A DNA stretch of 64,000 bases. It comes from Auanema rhodensis. Its lineage: Eukaryota; Animalia; Nematoda. Position 1 is the stretch's first letter, and every line of letters begins with the position of its first letter. The stretch is taken from assembly GCA_964057225.1 (NCBI GenBank), contig OZ059896.1:20336001-20400000 (forward strand), given 5' to 3'. The notes under the pieces are model-generated. The model was not told where the DNA came from. It ran no database searches and worked only from the letters and a program-made list of their open reading frames with translations. Positions 1 to 12,400 of this stretch are shown here, in pieces. The translations under genes were made by a program, and so were the position numbers.

Positions 1-96
1 ACACTGTCCATCGTCTTTGCTTTGAAAAATGGAATCTAAAAACATCTACTTTTTGCTAAATTATTTTGAAATTTTTCGAAAAAATTTTTGGAAGCA

Positions 97-124
97 ATGT
101 TGAGTGTACATGGAAACTCAACAT
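97..124. other. Intra-monomer inverted repeat 1 (9-bp stem, 10-nt loop), repeated in each monomer
   Basis: atgttgagt-gtacatggaa-actcaacat. Confidence 0.9.
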
Positions 125-207
125 ACACTAATGCATCATTTTTCAAACGATCATAACTAATTTTTGTATTAAGCGTTTCTCAATGTAGTATAGTGCATTC
201 GATGCGG

Positions 208-258
208 ATTTTTAAGCTGCGTCGATCTGTGTTATCAGATTTGCGCTAGCTTAAAAAT
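208..258. other. Intra-monomer inverted repeat 2 (51-bp imperfect hairpin), repeated in each monomer
   Basis: atttttaagct(208-218)/agcttaaaaat(248-258) form a perfect 11-bp stem. Pairing continues inward via gcg/cgc (1-nt bulge) and atctg/cagat. Confidence 0.9.
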
Positions 259-275
259 GCACCGAGATATCAACT

Positions 276-297
276 GATATAAGTTCACACTTATATC
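276..297. other. Intra-monomer inverted repeat 3 (9-bp stem, 4-nt loop), repeated in each monomer
   Basis: gatataagt-tcac-acttatatc. Confidence 0.9.
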
Positions 298-3200
298 CTC
301 GATTTTCACCCTGAAGAAATAATTTTTCCGTTGAATAACATTGTCCATCGTCTTTGCCTTGAAAAATGGAATCTAAAAACATCTACTTTTTGCTAAATTA
401 TTTCGAAATTTTTCGAAAAAATTTTTGTCAAAATGTTTTTGGAAGCAATGTTGAGTGTACATGGAAACTCAACATACACTAATGCATCATTTTTCAAACG
501 ATCATAACTAATTTTTGTATTAAGCGTTTCTCAATGTAGTATAGTGCATTCGATGCGGATTTTTAAGCTGCGTCGATCTGTGTTATCAGATTTGCGCTAG
601 CTTAAAAATGCACCGAGATATCAACTGATATAAGTTCACACTTATATCCTCGATTTTCACCCTGAAGAATTAATTTTTTCGTTGAATAACACTGTCCATC
701 GTCTTTGCCTTGAAAAATGGAATCTAAAAACATCTACTTTTTGCTAAATTATTTTGAAATTTTTCGAAAAAATTTTTGTCAAAATGTTTTTGGAAGCAAT
801 GTTGAGTGTACATGGAAACTCAACATACACTAATGCATCATTTTTCAAACGATCATAACTAATTTTTGTATTAAGCGTTTTTCAATGTAGTATAGTGCAT
901 TCGATGCGGATTTTTAAGCTGCGTCGATCTGTGTTATCAGATTTGCGCTAGCTTAAAAATGCACCAAGATATCAACTGATATAAGTTCACACTTATATCC
1001 TCGATTTTCACCCTAAAGAATTAATTTTTTCGTTGAATAACATTGTCCATCGTCTTTGCCTTGAATAAAGGAATCTAAAAACATCTACTTTTTGCTAAAT
1101 TATTTCGAAATTTTTCGAAAAAATTTTTGTCAAAATGTTTTTGGAAGCAATGTTGAGTGTACATGGAAACTCAACATACACTAATGCATCATTTTTCAAA
1201 CGATCATAACTAATTTTTGTATTAAGCGTTTCTCAATGTAGTATAGTGCATTCGATGCGGATTTTTAAGCTGCGTCGATCTCTGTTATCAGATTTGCGCT
1301 AGCTTAAAAATGCACCGAGATATCAACTGATATAAGTTCACACTTATATCCTCGATTTTCACCCTGAAGAATTAATTTTTTCGTTGAATAACATTGTCCA
1401 TCGTCTTTGCCTTGAAAAAAGGAATCTAAAAACATCTACTTTTTGCTAAATTATTTTGAAATTTTTCGAAAAAATTTTTGGAAGCAATGTTGAGTGTACA
1501 TGGAAACTCAACATACACTAATGCATCATTTTTCAAACGATCATAACTAATTTTTGTATTAAGCGTTTCTCAATGTAGTATAGTGCATTCGATGCGGATT
1601 TTTAAGCTGCGTCGATCTGTGTTATCAGATTTGCGCTAGCTTAAAAATGCACCGAGATATCAACTGATATAAGTTCACACTTATATCCTCGATTTTCACC
1701 CTGAAGAAATAATTTTTCCGTTGAATAACATTGTCCATCGTCTTTGCCTTGAAAAATGGAATCTAAAAACATCTACTTTTTGCTAAATTATTTCGAAATT
1801 TTTCGAAAAAATTTTTGTCAAAATGTTTTTGGAAGCAATGTTGAGTGTACATGGAAACTCAACATACACTAATGCATCATTTTTCAAACGATCATAACTA
1901 ATTTTTGTATTAAGCGTTTCTCAATGTAGTATAGTGCATTCGATGCGGATTTTTAAGCTGCGTCGATCTGTGTTATCAGATTTGCGCTAGCTTAAAAATG
2001 CACCGAGATATCAACTGATATAAGTTCACACTTATATCCTCGATTTTCACCCTGAAGAATTAATTTTTTCGTTGAATAACACTGTCCATCGTCTTTGCCT
2101 TGAAAAATGGAATCTAAAAACATCTACTTTTTGCTAAATTATTTTGAAATTTTTCGAAAAAATTTTTGTCAAAATGTTTTTGGAAGCAATGTTGAGTGTA
2201 CATGGAAACTCAACATACACTAATGCATCATTTTTCAAACGATCATAACTAATTTTTGTATTAAGCGTTTTTCAATGTAGTATAGTGCATTCGATGCGGA
2301 TTTTTAAGCTGCGTCGATCTGTGTTATCAGATTTGCGCTAGCTTAAAAATGCACCAAGATATCAACTGATATAAGTTCACACTTATATCCTCGATTTTCA
2401 CCCTAAAGAATTAATTTTTTCGTTGAATAACATTGTCCATCGTCTTTGCCTTGAAAAAAGGAATCTAAAAACATCTACTTTTTGCTAAATTATTTCGAAA
2501 TTTTTCGAAAAAATTTTTGTCAAAATGTTTTTGGAAGCAATGTTGAGTGTACATGGAAACTCAACATACACTAATGCATCATTTTTCAAACGATCATAAC
2601 TAATTTTTGTATTAAGCGTTTCTCAATGTAGTATAGTGCATTCGATGCGGATTTTTAAGCTGCGTCGATCTCTGTTATCAGATTTGCGCTAGCTTAAAAA
2701 TGCACCGAGATATCAACTGATATAAGTTCACACTTATATCCTCGATTTTCACCCTAAAGAATTAATTTTTTCGTTGAATAACATTGTCCATCGTCTTTGC
2801 CTTGAATAAAGGAATCTAAAAACATCTACTTTTTGCTAAATTATTTCGAAATTTTTCGAAAAAATTTTTGTCAAAATGTTTTTGGAAGCAATGTTGAGTG
2901 TACATGGAAACTCAACATACACTAATGCATCATTTTTCAAACGATCATAACTAATTTTTGTATTAAGCGTTTCTCAATGTAGTATAGTGCATTCGATGCG
3001 GATTTTTAAGCTGCGTCGATCTCTGTTATCAGATTTGCGCTAGCTTAAAAATGCACCGAGATATCAACTGATATAAGTTCACACTTATATCCTCGATTTT
3101 CACCCTGAAGGAATAATTTTTTCGTTGAATAACATTGTCCATCGTCTTCGCCTTGAAAAAAGGAATCTAAAAACATCTACTTTTTGCTAAATTATTTTGA

Positions 3201-6200
3201 AATTTTTCGAAAAAATTTTTGTCAAAATGTTTTTGGAAGCAATGTTGAGTGTACATGGAAACTCAACATACACTAATGCATCATTTTTCAAACGATCATA
3301 ACTAATTTTTGTATTAAGCGTTTCTCAATGTAGTATAGTGCATTCAATGCGGATTTTTAAGCTGCGTCGATCTGTGTTATCAGATTTGCGCTAGCTTAAA
3401 AATGCACCGAGATATCAACTGATATAAGTTCACACTTATATCCTCGATTTTCACCCTGAAGAATTAATTTTTTCGTTGAATAACACTGTCCATCGTCTTT
3501 GCCTTGAAAAATGGAATCTAAAAACATCTACTTTTTGCTAAATTATTTTGAAATTTTTCGAAAAAATTTTTGTCAAAATGTTTTTGGAAGCAATGTTGAG
3601 TGTACATGGAAACTCAACATACACTAATGCATCATTTTTCAAACGATCATAACTAATTTTTGTATTAAGCGTTTTTCAATGTAGTATAGTGCATTCGATG
3701 CGGATTTTTAAGCTGCGTCGATCTGTGTTATCAGATTTGCGCTAGCTTAAAAATGCACCAAGATATCAACTGATATAAGTTCACACTTATATCCTCGATT
3801 TTCACCCTAAAGAATTAATTTTTTCGTTGAATAACATTGTCCATCGTCTTTGCCTTGAATAAAGGAATTTAAAAACATCTACTTTTTGCTAAATTATTTC
3901 GAAATTTTTCGAAAAAATTTTTGTCAAAATGTTTTTGGAAGCAATGTTGAGTGTACATGGAAACTCAACATACACTAATGCATCATTTTTCAAACGATCA
4001 TAACTAATTTTTGTATTAAGCGTTTCTCAATGTAGTATAGTGCATTCGATGCGGATTTTTAAGCTGCGTCGATCTGTGTTATCAGATTTGCGCTAGCTTA
4101 AAAATGCACCAAGATATCAACTGATATAAGTTCACACTTATATCCTCGATTTTCACCCTAAAGAATTAATTTTTTCGTTGAATAACATTGTCCATCGTCT
4201 TTGCCTTGAATAAAGGAATCTAAAAACATCTACTTTTTGCTAAATTATTTCGAAATTTTTCGAAAAAATTTTTGTCAAAATGTTTTTGGAAGCAATGTTG
4301 AGTGTACATGGAAACTCAACATACACTAATGCATCATTTTTCAAACGATCATAACTAATTTTTGTATTAAGCGTTTCTCAATGTAGTATAGTGCATTCGA
4401 TGCGGATTTTTAAGCTGCGTCGATCTCTGTTATCAGATTTGCGCTAGCTTAAAAATGCACCGAGATATCAACTGATATAAGTTCACACTTATATCCTCGA
4501 TTTTCACCCTGAAGGAATAATTTTTTCGTTGAATAACATTGTCCATCGTCTTTGCCTTGAAAAAAGGAATCTAAAAACATCTACTTCTTGCTAAATTATT
4601 TTGAAATTTTTCGAAAAAATTTTTGTCAAAATGTTTTTGGAAGCAATGTTGAGTGTACATGGAAACTCAACATACACTAATGCATCATTTTTCAAACGAT
4701 CATAACTAATTTTTGTATTAAGCGTTTTTCAATGTAGTATAGTGCATTCGATGCGGATTTTTAAGCTGCGTCGATCTGTGTTATCAGATTTGCGCTAGCT
4801 TAAAAATGCACCAAGATATCAACTGATATAAGTTCACACTTATATCCTCGATTTTCACCCTAAAGAATTAATTTTTTCGTTGAATAACATTGTCCATCGT
4901 CTTTGCCTTGAATAAAGGAATCTAAAAACATCTACTTTTTGCTAAATTATTTCGAAATTTTTCGAAAAAATTTTTGTCAAAATGTTTTTGGAAGCAATGT
5001 TGAGTGTACATGGAAACTCAACATACACTAATGCATCATTTTTCAAACGATCATAACTAATTTTTGTATTAAGCGTTTCTCAATGTAGTATAGTGCATTC
5101 AATGCGGATTTTTAAGCTGCGTCGATCTGTGTTATCAGATTTGCGCTAGCTTAAAAATGCACCGAGATATCAACTGATATAAGTTCACACTTATATCCTC
5201 GATTTTCACCCTGAAGAATTAATTTTTTCGTTGAATAACACTGTCCATCGTCTTTGCCTTAAAAAATGGAATCTAAAAACATCTACTTTTTGCTAAATTA
5301 TTTTGAAATTTTTCGAAAAAATTTTTGTCAAAATGTTTTTGGAAGCAATGTTGAGTGTACATGGAAACTCAACATACACTAATGCATCATTTTTCAAACG
5401 ATCATAACTAATTTTTGTATTAAGCGTTTCTCAATGTAGTATAGTGCATTCAATGCGGATTTTTAAGCTGCGTCGATCTGTGTTATCAGATTTGCGCTAG
5501 CTTAAAAATGCACCGAGATATCAACTGATATAAGTTCACACTTATATCCTCGATTTTCACCCTAAAGAATTAATTTTTTCGTTGAATAACATTGTCCATC
5601 GTCTTTGCCTTGAAAAAAGGAATCTAAAAACATCTACTTTTTGCTAAATTATTTTGAAATTTTTCGAAAAAATTTTTGTCAAAATGTTTTTGGAAGCAAT
5701 GTTGAGTGTACATGGAAACTCAACATACACTAATGCATCATTTTTCAAACGATCATAACTAATTTTTGTATTAAGCGTTTCTCAATGTAGTATAGTGCAT
5801 TCGATGCGGATTTTTAAGCTGCGTCGATCTGTGTTATCAGATTTGCGCTAGCTTAAAAATGCACCAAGATATCAACTGATATAAGTTTACACTTATATCC
5901 TCGATTTTCACCCTAAAGAATTAATTTTTTCGTTGAATAACATTGTCCATCGTCTTTGCCTTCAATAAAGGAATCTAAAAACATCTACTTTTTGCTAAAT
6001 TATTTCGAAATTTTTCGAAAAAATTTTTGTCAAAATGTCTTTGGAAGCAATGTTGAGTGTACATGGAAACTCAACATACACTAATGCATCATTTTTCAAA
6101 CGATCATAACTAATTTTTGTATTAAGCGTTTCTCAATGTAGTATAGTGCATTCAATGCGGATTTTTAAGCTGCGTCGATCTGTGTTATCAGATTTGCGCT

Positions 6201-6641
6201 AGCTTAAAAATGCACCGAGATATCAACTGATATAAGTTCACACTTATATCCTCGATTTTCACCCTAAAGAATTAATTTTTTCGTTGAATAACATTGTCCA
6301 TCGTCTTTGCCTTGAATAAAGGAATTTAAAAACATCTACTTTTTGCTAAATTATTCCGAAATTTTTCGAAAAAATTTTTGTCAAAATGTTTTTGGAAGCA
6401 ATGTTGAGTGTACATGGAAACTCAACATACACTAATGCATCATTTTTCAAACGATCATAACTAATTTTTGTATTAAGCGTTTCTCAATGTAGTATAGTGC
6501 ATTCAATGCGGATTTTTAAGCTGCGTCGATCTGCGTTATCAGATTTGCGCTAGCTTAAAAATGCACCGAGATATCAACTGATATAAGTTCACACTTATAT
6601 CCTCGATTTTCACCCTGAAGAATTAATTTTTTCGTTGAATA

Positions 6642-9421
6642 ACACTGTCCATCGTCTTTGCTTTGAAAAATGGAATCTAAAAACATCTACTTTTTGCTAA
6701 ATTATTTTGAAATTTTTCGAAAAAATTTTTGGAAGCAATGTTGAGTGTACATGGAAACTCAACATACACTAATGCATCATTTTTCAAACGATCATAACTA
6801 ATTTTTGTATTAAGCGTTTCTCAATGTAGTATAGTGCATTCGATGCGGATTTTTAAGCTGCGTCGATCTGTGTTATCAGATTTGCGCTAGCTTAAAAATG
6901 CACCGAGATATCAACTGATATAAGTTCACACTTATATCCTCGATTTTCACCCTGAAGAAATAATTTTTCCGTTGAATAACATTGTCCATCGTCTTTGCCT
7001 TGAAAAATGGAATCTAAAAACATCTACTTTTTGCTAAATTATTTCGAAATTTTTCGAAAAAATTTTTGTCAAAATGTTTTTGGAAGCAATGTTGAGTGTA
7101 CATGGAAACTCAACATACACTAATGCATCATTTTTCAAACGATCATAACTAATTTTTGTATTAAGCGTTTCTCAATGTAGTATAGTGCATTCGATGCGGA
7201 TTTTTAAGCTGCGTCGATCTGTGTTATCAGATTTGCGCTAGCTTAAAAATGCACCGAGATATCAACTGATATAAGTTCACACTTATATCCTCGATTTTCA
7301 CCCTGAAGAATTAATTTTTTCGTTGAATAACACTGTCCATCGTCTTTGCCTTGAAAAATGGAATCTAAAAACATCTACTTTTTGCTAAATTATTTTGAAA
7401 TTTTTCGAAAAAATTTTTGTCAAAATGTTTTTGGAAGCAATGTTGAGTGTACATGGAAACTCAACATACACTAATGCATCATTTTTCAAACGATCATAAC
7501 TAATTTTTGTATTAAGCGTTTTTCAATGTAGTATAGTGCATTCGATGCGGATTTTTAAGCTGCGTCGATCTGTGTTATCAGATTTGCGCTAGCTTAAAAA
7601 TGCACCAAGATATCAACTGATATAAGTTCACACTTATATCCTCGATTTTCACCCTAAAGAATTAATTTTTTCGTTGAATAACATTGTCCATCGTCTTTGC
7701 CTTGAATAAAGGAATCTAAAAACATCTACTTTTTGCTAAATTATTTCGAAATTTTTCGAAAAAATTTTTGTCAAAATGTTTTTGGAAGCAATGTTGAGTG
7801 TACATGGAAACTCAACATACACTAATGCATCATTTTTCAAACGATCATAACTAATTTTTGTATTAAGCGTTTCTCAATGTAGTATAGTGCATTCGATGCG
7901 GATTTTTAAGCTGCGTCGATCTCTGTTATCAGATTTGCGCTAGCTTAAAAATGCACCGAGATATCAACTGATATAAGTTCACACTTATATCCTCGATTTT
8001 CACCCTGAAGGAATAATTTTTTCGTTGAATAACATTGTCCATCGTCTTTGCCTTGAAAAAAGGAATCTAAAAACATCTACTTTTTGCTAAATTATTTTGA
8101 AATTTTTCGAAAAAATTTTTGGAAGCAATGTTGAGTGTACATGGAAACTCAACATACACTAATGCATCATTTTTCAAACGATCATAACTAATTTTTGTAT
8201 TAAGCGTTTCTCAATGTAGTATAGTGCATTCGATGCGGATTTTTAAGCTGCGTCGATCTGTGTTATCAGATTTGCGCTAGCTTAAAAATGCACCGAGATA
8301 TCAACTGATATAAGTTCACACTTATATCCTCGATTTTCACCCTGAAGAAATAATTTTTCCGTTGAATAACATTGTCCATCGTCTTTGCCTTGAAAAATGG
8401 AATCTAAAAACATCTACTTTTTGCTAAATTATTTCGAAATTTTTCGAAAAAATTTTTGTCAAAATGTTTTTGGAAGCAATGTTGAGTGTACATGGAAACT
8501 CAACATACACTAATGCATCATTTTTCAAACGATCATAACTAATTTTTGTATTAAGCGTTTCTCAATGTAGTATAGTGCATTCGATGCGGATTTTTAAGCT
8601 GCGTCGATCTGTGTTATCAGATTTGCGCTAGCTTAAAAATGCACCGAGATATCAACTGATATAAGTTCACACTTATATCCTCGATTTTCACCCTGAAGAA
8701 TTAATTTTTTCGTTGAATAACACTGTCCATCGTCTTTGCCTTGAAAAATGGAATCTAAAAACATCTACTTTTTGCTAAATTATTTTGAAATTTTTCGAAA
8801 AAATTTTTGTCAAAATGTTTTTGGAAGCAATGTTGAGTGTACATGGAAACTCAACATACACTAATGCATCATTTTTCAAACGATCATAACTAATTTTTGT
8901 ATTAAGCGTTTTTCAATGTAGTATAGTGCATTCGATGCGGATTTTTAAGCTGCGTCGATCTGTGTTATCAGATTTGCGCTAGCTTAAAAATGCACCAAGA
9001 TATCAACTGATATAAGTTCACACTTATATCCTCGATTTTCACCCTAAAGAATTAATTTTTTCGTTGAATAACATTGTCCATCGTCTTTGCCTTGAATAAA
9101 GGAATCTAAAAACATCTACTTTTTGCTAAATTATTTCGAAATTTTTCGAAAAAATTTTTGTCAAAATGTTTTTGGAAGCAATGTTGAGTGTACATGGAAA
9201 CTCAACATACACTAATGCATCATTTTTCAAACGATCATAACTAATTTTTGTATTAAGCGTTTCTCAATGTAGTATAGTGCATTCGATGCGGATTTTTAAG
9301 CTGCGTCGATCTCTGTTATCAGATTTGCGCTAGCTTAAAAATGCACCGAGATATCAACTGATATAAGTTCACACTTATATCCTCGATTTTCACCCTGAAG
9401 GAATAATTTTTTCGTTGAATA
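6642..9421 (+). repeat. Second pair of the 1390-bp 4-mer higher-order repeat
   Basis: Deletion monomers start at 6642 and 8032 with the same variant order as 1-2780. Offset 6641 bp = 2x337+17x351 (19 monomers). Confidence 0.85.
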
Positions 9422-12400
9422 ACATTGTCCATCGTCTTTGCCTTGAAAAAAGGAATCTAAAAACATCTACTTTTTGCTAAATTATTTTGAAATTTTTCGA
9501 AAAAATTTTTGTCAAAATGTTTTTGGAAGCAATGTTGAGTGTACATGGAAACTCAACATACACTAATGCATCATTTTTCAAACGATCATAACTAATTTTC
9601 GTATTAAGCGTTTTTCAATGTAGTATAGTGCATTCGATGCGGATTTTTAAGCTGCGTCGATCTGTGTTATCAGATTTGCGCTAGCTTAAAAATGCACCAA
9701 GATATCAACTGATATAAGTTCACACTTATATCCTCGATTTTCACCCTAAAGAATTAATTTTTTCGTTGAATAACATTGTCCATCGTCTTTGCCTTGAATA
9801 AAGGAATCTAAAAACATCTACTTTTTGCTAAATTATTTCGAAATTTTTCGAAAAAATTTTTGTCAAAATGTTTTTGGAAGCAATGTTGAGTGTACATGGA
9901 AACTCAACATACACTAATGCATCATTTTTCAAACGATCATAACTAATTTTTGTATTAAGCGTTTCTCAATGTAGTATAGTGCATTCGATGCGGATTTTTA
10001 AGCTGCGTCGATCTCTGTTATCAGATTTGCGCTAGCTTAAAAATGCACCGAGATATCAACTGATATAAGTTCACACTTATATCCTCGATTTTCACCCTGA
10101 AGGAATAATTTTTTCGTTGAATAACATTGTCCATCGTCTTTGCCTTGAAAAAAGGAATCTAAAAACATCTACTTTTTGCTAAATTATTTTGAAATTTTTC
10201 GAAAAAATTTTTGTCAAAATGTTTTTGGAAGCAATGTTGAGTGTACATGGAAACTCAACATACACTAATGCATCATTTTTCAAACGATCATAACTAATTT
10301 TTGTATTAAGCGTTTCTCAATGTAGTATAGTGCATTCGATGCGGATTTTTAAGCTGCGTCGATCTGTGTTATCAGATTTGCGCTAGCTTAAAAATGCACC
10401 AAGATATCAACTGATATAAGTTCACACTTATATCCTCGATTTTCACCCTAAAGAATTAATTTTTTCGTTGAATAACATTGTCCATCGTCTTTGCCTTGAA
10501 TAAAGGAATCTAAAAACATCTACTTTTTGCTAAATTATTTCGAAATTTTTCGAAAAAATTTTTGTCAAAATGTTTTTGGAAGCAATGTTGAGTGTACATG
10601 GAAACTCAACATACACTAATGCATCATTTTTCAAACGATCATAACTAATTTTTGTATTAAGCGTTTCTCAATGTAGTATAGTGCATTCGATGCGGATTTT
10701 TAAGCTGCGTCGATCTCTGTTATCAGATTTGCGCTAGCTTAAAAATGCACCGAGATATCAACTGATATAAGTTCACACTTATATCCTCGATTTTCACCCT
10801 GAAGGAATAATTTTTTCGTTGAATAACATTGTCCATCGTCTTTGCCTTGAAAAAAGGAATCTAAAAACATCTACTTTTTGCTAAATTATTTTGAAATTTT
10901 TCGAAAAAATTTTTGTCAAAATGTTTTTGGAAGCAATGTTGAGTGTACATGGAAACTCAACATACACTAATGCATCATTTTTCAAACGATCATAACTAAT
11001 TTTTGTATTAAGCGTTTCTCAATGTAGTATAGTGCATTCGATGCGGATTTTTAAGCTGCGTCGATCTCTGTTATCAGATTTGCGCTAGCTTAAAAATGCA
11101 CCGAGATATCAACTGATATAAGTTCACACTTATATCCTCGATTTTCACCCTGAAGGAATAATTTTTTCGTTGAATAACATTGTCCATCGTCTTTGCCTTG
11201 AAAAAAGGAATCTAAAAACATCTACTTTTTGCTAAATTATTTTGAAATTTTTCGAAAAAATTTTTGTCAAAATGTTTTTGGAAGCAATGTTGAGTGTACA
11301 TGGAAACTCAACATACACTAATGCATCATTTTTCAAACGATCATAACTAATTTTCGTATTAAGCGTTTTTCAATGTAGTATAGTGCATTCGATGCGGATT
11401 TTTAAGCTGCGTCGATCTGTGTTATCAGATTTGCGCTAGCTTAAAAATGCACCAAGATATCAACTGATATAAGTTCACACTTATATCCTCGATTTTCACC
11501 CTAAAGAATTAATTTTTTCGTTGAATAACATTGTCCATCGTCTTTGCCTTGAATAAAGGAATCTAAAAACATCTACTTTTTGCTAAATTATTTCGAAATT
11601 TTTCGAAAAAATTTTTGTCAAAATGTTTTTGGAAGCAATGTTGAGTGTACATGGAAACTCAACATACACTAATGCATCATTTTTCAAACGATCATAACTA
11701 ATTTTTGTATTAAGCGTTTCTCAATGTAGTATAGTGCATTCGATGCGGATTTTTAAGCTGCGTCGATCTCTGTTATCAGATTTGCGCTAGCTTAAAAATG
11801 CACCGAGATATCAACTGATATAAGTTCACACTTATATCCTCGATTTTCACCCTGAAGGAATAATTTTTTCGTTGAATAACATTGTCCATCGTCTTCGCCT
11901 TGAAAAAAGGAATCTAAAAACATCTACTTTTTGCTAAATTATTTTGAAATTTTTCGAAAAAATTTTTGTCAAAATGTTTTTGGAAGCAATGTTGAGTGTA
12001 CATGGAAACTCAACATACACTAATGCATCATTTTTCAAACGATCATAACTAATTTTTGTATTAAGCGTTTTTCAATGTAGTATAGTGCATTCGATGCGGA
12101 TTTTTAAGCTGCGTCGATCTGTGTTATCAGATTTGCGCTAGCTTAAAAATGCACCAAGATATCAACTGATATAAGTTCACACTTATATCCTCGATTTTCA
12201 CCCTAAAGAATTAATTTTTTCGTTGAATAACATTGTCCATCGTCTTTGCCTTGAATAAAGGAATTTAAAAACATCTACTTTTTGCTAAATTATTTCGAAA
12301 TTTTTCGAAAAAATTTTTGTCAAAATGTTTTTGGAAGCAATGTTGAGTGTACATGGAAACTCAACATACACTAATGCATCATTTTTCAAACGATCATAAC

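Larger units (their letters stand above)
1..337 (+). repeat. 337-bp monomer variant (14-bp deletion), representative copy
   Basis: aaaaatttttggaagc replaces aaaaatttttgtcaaaatgtttttggaagc. Also seen near 1480, 6731 and 8121 (+) and 24850, 27295, 30790, 31830, 34270, 35310 and 37750 (-). Confidence 0.95.
1..2780 (+). repeat. Two near-identical copies of a 1390-bp 4-mer higher-order repeat (337+3x351)
   Basis: Deletion monomers start at 1 and 1391 and are followed by nearly the same order of variant monomers. Confidence 0.85.

Noticed and set aside
193-300. tRNA, 5S rRNA or other structured RNA gene array
   Set aside because: Hairpins exist, but I see no cloverleaf, Pol III A/B/C boxes or recognisable rRNA/snRNA sequence.
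338-688. Assignment to a named satellite (Drosophila 1.688/359-bp, tenebrionid 340-360-bp families, alpha satellite dimer)
   Set aside because: Length and AT content are similar to such families, but I do not recognise sequence homology. A BLAST or Dfam search is needed.
338-688. Monomer as an ancient dimer of about 175 bp
   Set aside because: Only short AT-rich words such as aatttttgt recur internally. No convincing half-to-half alignment is visible by eye.
677-693. CENP-B box-like motif tttcgttgaataacact
   Set aside because: It matches the 5' TTCGTTG part of YTTCGTTGGAARCGGGA but lacks the essential CGGG, so it is not a supportable CENP-B box.
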